The notes under the pieces: model-generated
Told to the model about the DNA's origin: nothing
Database searches by the model: none
The model's input: the letters and a program-made list of their open reading frames with translations, nothing else
Shown: in pieces, positions 59,127 through 64,000 of the stretch
How the letters are laid out: every line of letters begins with the position of its first letter
How positions within the stretch are numbered: position 1 is the first letter of the stretch
NCBI RefSeq assembly: GCF_009914755.1
Contig: NC_060927.1
DNA: 64,000 nt
Source: the human T2T-CHM13v2.0 reference genome, Homo sapiens
Strand: one strand, 5' to 3'
Program-made: the position numbers and the translations under genes

Positions 59127-59483
<357 letters not shown>

Positions 59484-59714
59484 ATCCTCGTTCTTTCTTG
59501 ACATCTTTTGGCTTCCTAGATTTTCATTATTATGCAGGACCAGAGTGTTCTTAAAAATCTATTAAGTACTTACTAAGTAGTTATTAGTACTTGCTCAAAT
59601 TAAATATCCAGAAACTGAACTTAGTGCAGTATTAGATTTACTGAAGCCTTAAATTCAGTATTAATTTACTACACTGGTCCTGCCTCGGTTTCTCAGTTAG
59701 ACCAATCCCTTACC

Positions 59715-60052
59715 TGTTAGGGCTTTGCACTTGCCATTTCCTCTGCCTTGAAGTGCCGTTTCTGAGTGCTTCACACTGTTGACTCCGTCCCCTCACTTAG
59801 GTATCAGCTCAGCTGACTCTCCAGGGATGCCTTCCTTGTCCCACCCCATCTAAAATAGCCACCAGCCATTCTTGGTTACCTTACCCTGTTTTATTTCGTA
59901 TGTTGCTTTTTCATGTTTATTGTAGGTTTCGCCCTTAGAATTTCAGCTCCATGACAAGGGCCTGGTTTATCTTGTTCATATCTGTGTCACCAGTGCCTAG
60001 AAACAATGTCAAATGTATACTAGGCACTCGATAAATATTTGTTGGATGAAAA
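59715..60052 (+). mobile_element. L2 3' end
   Basis: gggctttgcacttgcc ... agctccatgacaagggcc ... taggcactcgataaatatttgttggatgaa. Confidence 0.75.
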
Positions 60053-60689
60053 AATCTGGCTTCTATGCAACTTCACATACTAGCATGCAGATATTAGTTT
60101 TTTACTGAACATTAGGAGGAACTATGGTGTGATGCTGAATCAAAAAATGATTGCAGATTTAAAAAACTATTTTAGAGTCACTAATCAAGAAGAGGGGATA
60201 TTCACTTGGAATTTACAGATATCTTTACATGTCCATGAACCCTCTGAAATTATATGTATATTTTTCTGGGGAGAAGAGCAATAATTTTCCTCATACTTCC
60301 AGTGGGATGGGTGGCACTGGCTGAGGCTGACTTGCTGCTAATCTAGACTGACTCTAACCCGATTCTGCTCCATAAAATCACACACTTGGGCAACCAGTAT
60401 TTTTGCTTTGCAAGCTCGGGCACCCTGCATTCAGGTTCTAAGCAAGTTCCAAATTAAGCACTTGTATTGCCTTTGTGGTTTTACTAATAATCTATTAAAG
60501 AAATACTTGAAACTACTTAGGTATCTAAGCAGTTTGTGTAAGATATGCAAAAATGGAGCAGGAAATATATTTTGAAAATTGTGCTAATTTCTCTGTTGTC
60601 CAAAACTGTGCACGGCTTTACACCTCAGGTATGACTGAGGCACTTCAACATAATTTGCTTCTAATGTCAATCCTGTAGATGCCTAAGAT

Positions 60690-61010
60690 TTCAGAGTATG
60701 GAATCAGATAGATTTCTATTTGAATCTAGGACCAACCACTTTGTGTTACTATGCACAGGACACTAATCCTCACTGGACCTTAGTTTCAGCATCATAAAAT
60801 GTCACACCACACTTATAGAATTGTGATGAAGAGCGCATGGTACTATATGCCAAGCACTGTTGTAGCTACTTTATATATACTAACTCAATTTTAATACAAT
60901 CCTCCTAAGAATGTATGAGGTATGTCATCTAAGAATCATTGCCATTTTATAAATTGAGAAACTGAGGTACTGAGGAGTTCAGTCACTTAACTAAAGACAC
61001 ACACCTGTTA
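60690..61010. mobile_element. Two opposed MIR fragments
   Basis: cactggaccttagtttcagcatcataaaat (+) and tgccaagcactgtt ... ccattttataaattgagaaactgagg (-). Confidence 0.6.
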
Positions 61011-61089
61011 AATATCCCTGCAGAACTCTGCTATTCCATCCATCTATAATCCCACAGTGCCTGACACACATAGTGCCGGACACATGTAG

Positions 61090-61445
<356 letters not shown>

Positions 61446-61832
61446 GTGATTATTGTTTCATTGAAAACATTACTTTGTGTTAGAAGAGTTGGCAGCAGAG
61501 CTATCCCCAACATGGTCTAATCCCTGAAGACATTATGAATATTTTACATTTGTGGACCAGAATGTAGCATGGGTAAACTGAGATTGGAATGCAATGTTTT
61601 TGTAAAAAATTTCTCTTAGTCCTTGGTAACAGTGACAAATGTGAGTGGAGTCCTCACATCTGGTTTTGTGGCATGATTTTGGTTATGATGCTGGCTGCTC
61701 GTTCTAGTCGGGTTCTCCAGCCATCCCTAGCAGTTATTTGGTCTCTTCAACAATAACCTTTTAATAAACCTTCCCCTACTTTTTTTGTTCTCTTAAACAT
61801 GTTCTATTGCTTGCAATGAAGGACCCTGAGAT

Positions 61833-62131
<299 letters not shown>

Positions 62132-62474
62132 CCTGAGATGTTCATTTCAATTGTTCTTTAAATGTTTGTAGAGCAGCTTACTATGTGCCAGGAACTGGAA
62201 ATACAGAAAGGAATCACACAGAAGACATCCCTTCTCTCATGGAGCTTATGTGAAGATGGTGCTACTCTTCCTTACCCCCTTTCCTGTAAAGTTGTCTTTT
62301 TGCTGGTTAAATATTCCCAGCTCCCTCAGCCTTTCCTAGGTGACACAGTCTTATTCCATCAACATCCTGCGCTCCCCTCCTCTGATGCTTGTAGGTTAAT
62401 GGAGTATTTGTGAGGAATCTTATGTAGCAAATGCTAGAAACTCAATCAAATTGGATTAAGTTTTAAAAAAATGT

Positions 62475-62834
<360 letters not shown>

Positions 62835-62890
62835 TCAGGAAACTAAAAATTCTAGGGTAAGCCTCCTTCAGGCAAGACTGGTCGGGGCTG

Positions 62891-63371
62891 TATATTAGTG
62901 TGCTGGGGCTGTCATAGCAAAGTGCCATAGCCACAGCCTGGCTGGTTTAAACAACAGAAATATATTGTCTCAAAGTTCTAGAGTCCAGAGATCAAGTGTC
63001 ACCAGGGTTGGTTTCTTTTGAAGCTGTGAGGGATAATCTGTTTTTGCTTCTCTTCCTGGCTTCTGGTAGTTTGCTGACAATTTTTGTTCTGGTAGTTTGC
63101 TGGCAATTTTTGGTGTTCCCTCACATGCAGCATCCTCCAAGTTCTGCCTTCATGTTCACATGGTGCTCTTCCTGGATGCATGTCTCTGTGTCCAAATTTC
63201 CCCTTTTTATGAGGACACCAGTCATAATGGATGAGGGGCCCACCCTAGGCACCTCATCTTAACTAATTACATCTACAAGGAACCGATTTCCAAATAAGGT
63301 CACATTCTGAGGAACAGAAGGTTAGGGCTTCAACATATGAATTTGGAGGCGGACACATTTCAACCCCAACA
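62891..63371 (-). mobile_element. MLT1C-like MaLR LTR nested in an older MLT1 (~62425-63780)
   Basis: ttaaacaacagaaat ... cttctggtagtttgctgg ... ccaaataaggtcacattctgagg ... acatttcaaccccaaca; TSD ggctg / ggctt. Confidence 0.85.
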
Positions 63372-64000
63372 GGCTTCAACAGTGTTTTCAGAAATCTTTC
63401 TCTCCATCTGTTGGCCCTGCTCTCTGTGTTTACTTCATTATTGTTCAGGCGCTTTCCAAATTGTGATAAGCTACCAGGAGCTCCATAATCGGAAAGATGC
63501 ATTTTTTGTCCAGTTGTAAGAAAAAGTCTTAGAATTGTCTGTGGTTGTCCTGACTTGGATCACATACCTGTCACCAACCCGATGCCTGTCTGGGGATTGG
63601 AAGATTCAGATTTGCCATTCCTGGGTCACATGCTTTCCCCGGGAGCTAGAGTTTAGGTCAGCTCTAATGGTATAATGCAGATTGAGAGTAGAGGTAGGGT
63701 GAGGGTCCACAGAAGAAAAATAGGGTACTGGTACCAGCAGAGGCCTCACATAAGTGGACAAGACCTGACCACTACAGTCTTGTAGGTAATGCTGTTCTGC
63801 TAGCTTGGTGCCATCCAGGTTCATAAGCCGGGAGTGGATGTTTAAGCTTGCTAGGCTTCCTTTGTCTTCACTTACTTGAACTTACATCATCTGTAAGGTG
63901 CCTTGCAGATGTGGAATTTTCTGATTCTCTTTGATGACTTACTTAAACTTCCTTTCCCCTCCTTGAGTAGCATTTGATCCAAATAAAGACCAATTATATA

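Overview
Human non-coding genomic DNA (intronic or intergenic). Human origin is supported by a full-length AluYa5 at 61137-61445 carrying all five Ya5 diagnostic bases. I find no supportable protein-coding exon, RNA gene, CpG island or CRISPR-like array. The longer ORFs in the track are mostly antisense-Alu, microsatellite or LTR translations, and the rest show no recognisable protein. The window holds about 54 Alu/FLAM/FRAM copies (roughly a fifth of the sequence). It also holds solo LTRs (MER4, two MER39, THE1, several MLT1/LTR16/LTR33-like), DNA-transposon fossils (Tigger3-type, MER20 x3, MER5 x3, MER45A, MER58), L1, L2 and MIR fragments, often nested several layers deep. I see no evidence for a new biological system. 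The most unusual structure is a ~125-bp inverted local duplication (21776-21902 copied to 23177-23299). It is fused to the poly(A) of a short L1 3' end exactly at an L1-endonuclease-type site, which suggests an aberrant retrotransposition event. Two repeat copies show apparent template-switch palindrome perfection (43426-43450, 57421-57461). A few unique blocks look like possible regulatory elements or non-coding exons. Repeat family names come from my memory of consensus sequences, and boundaries are approximate unless a TSD is quoted.
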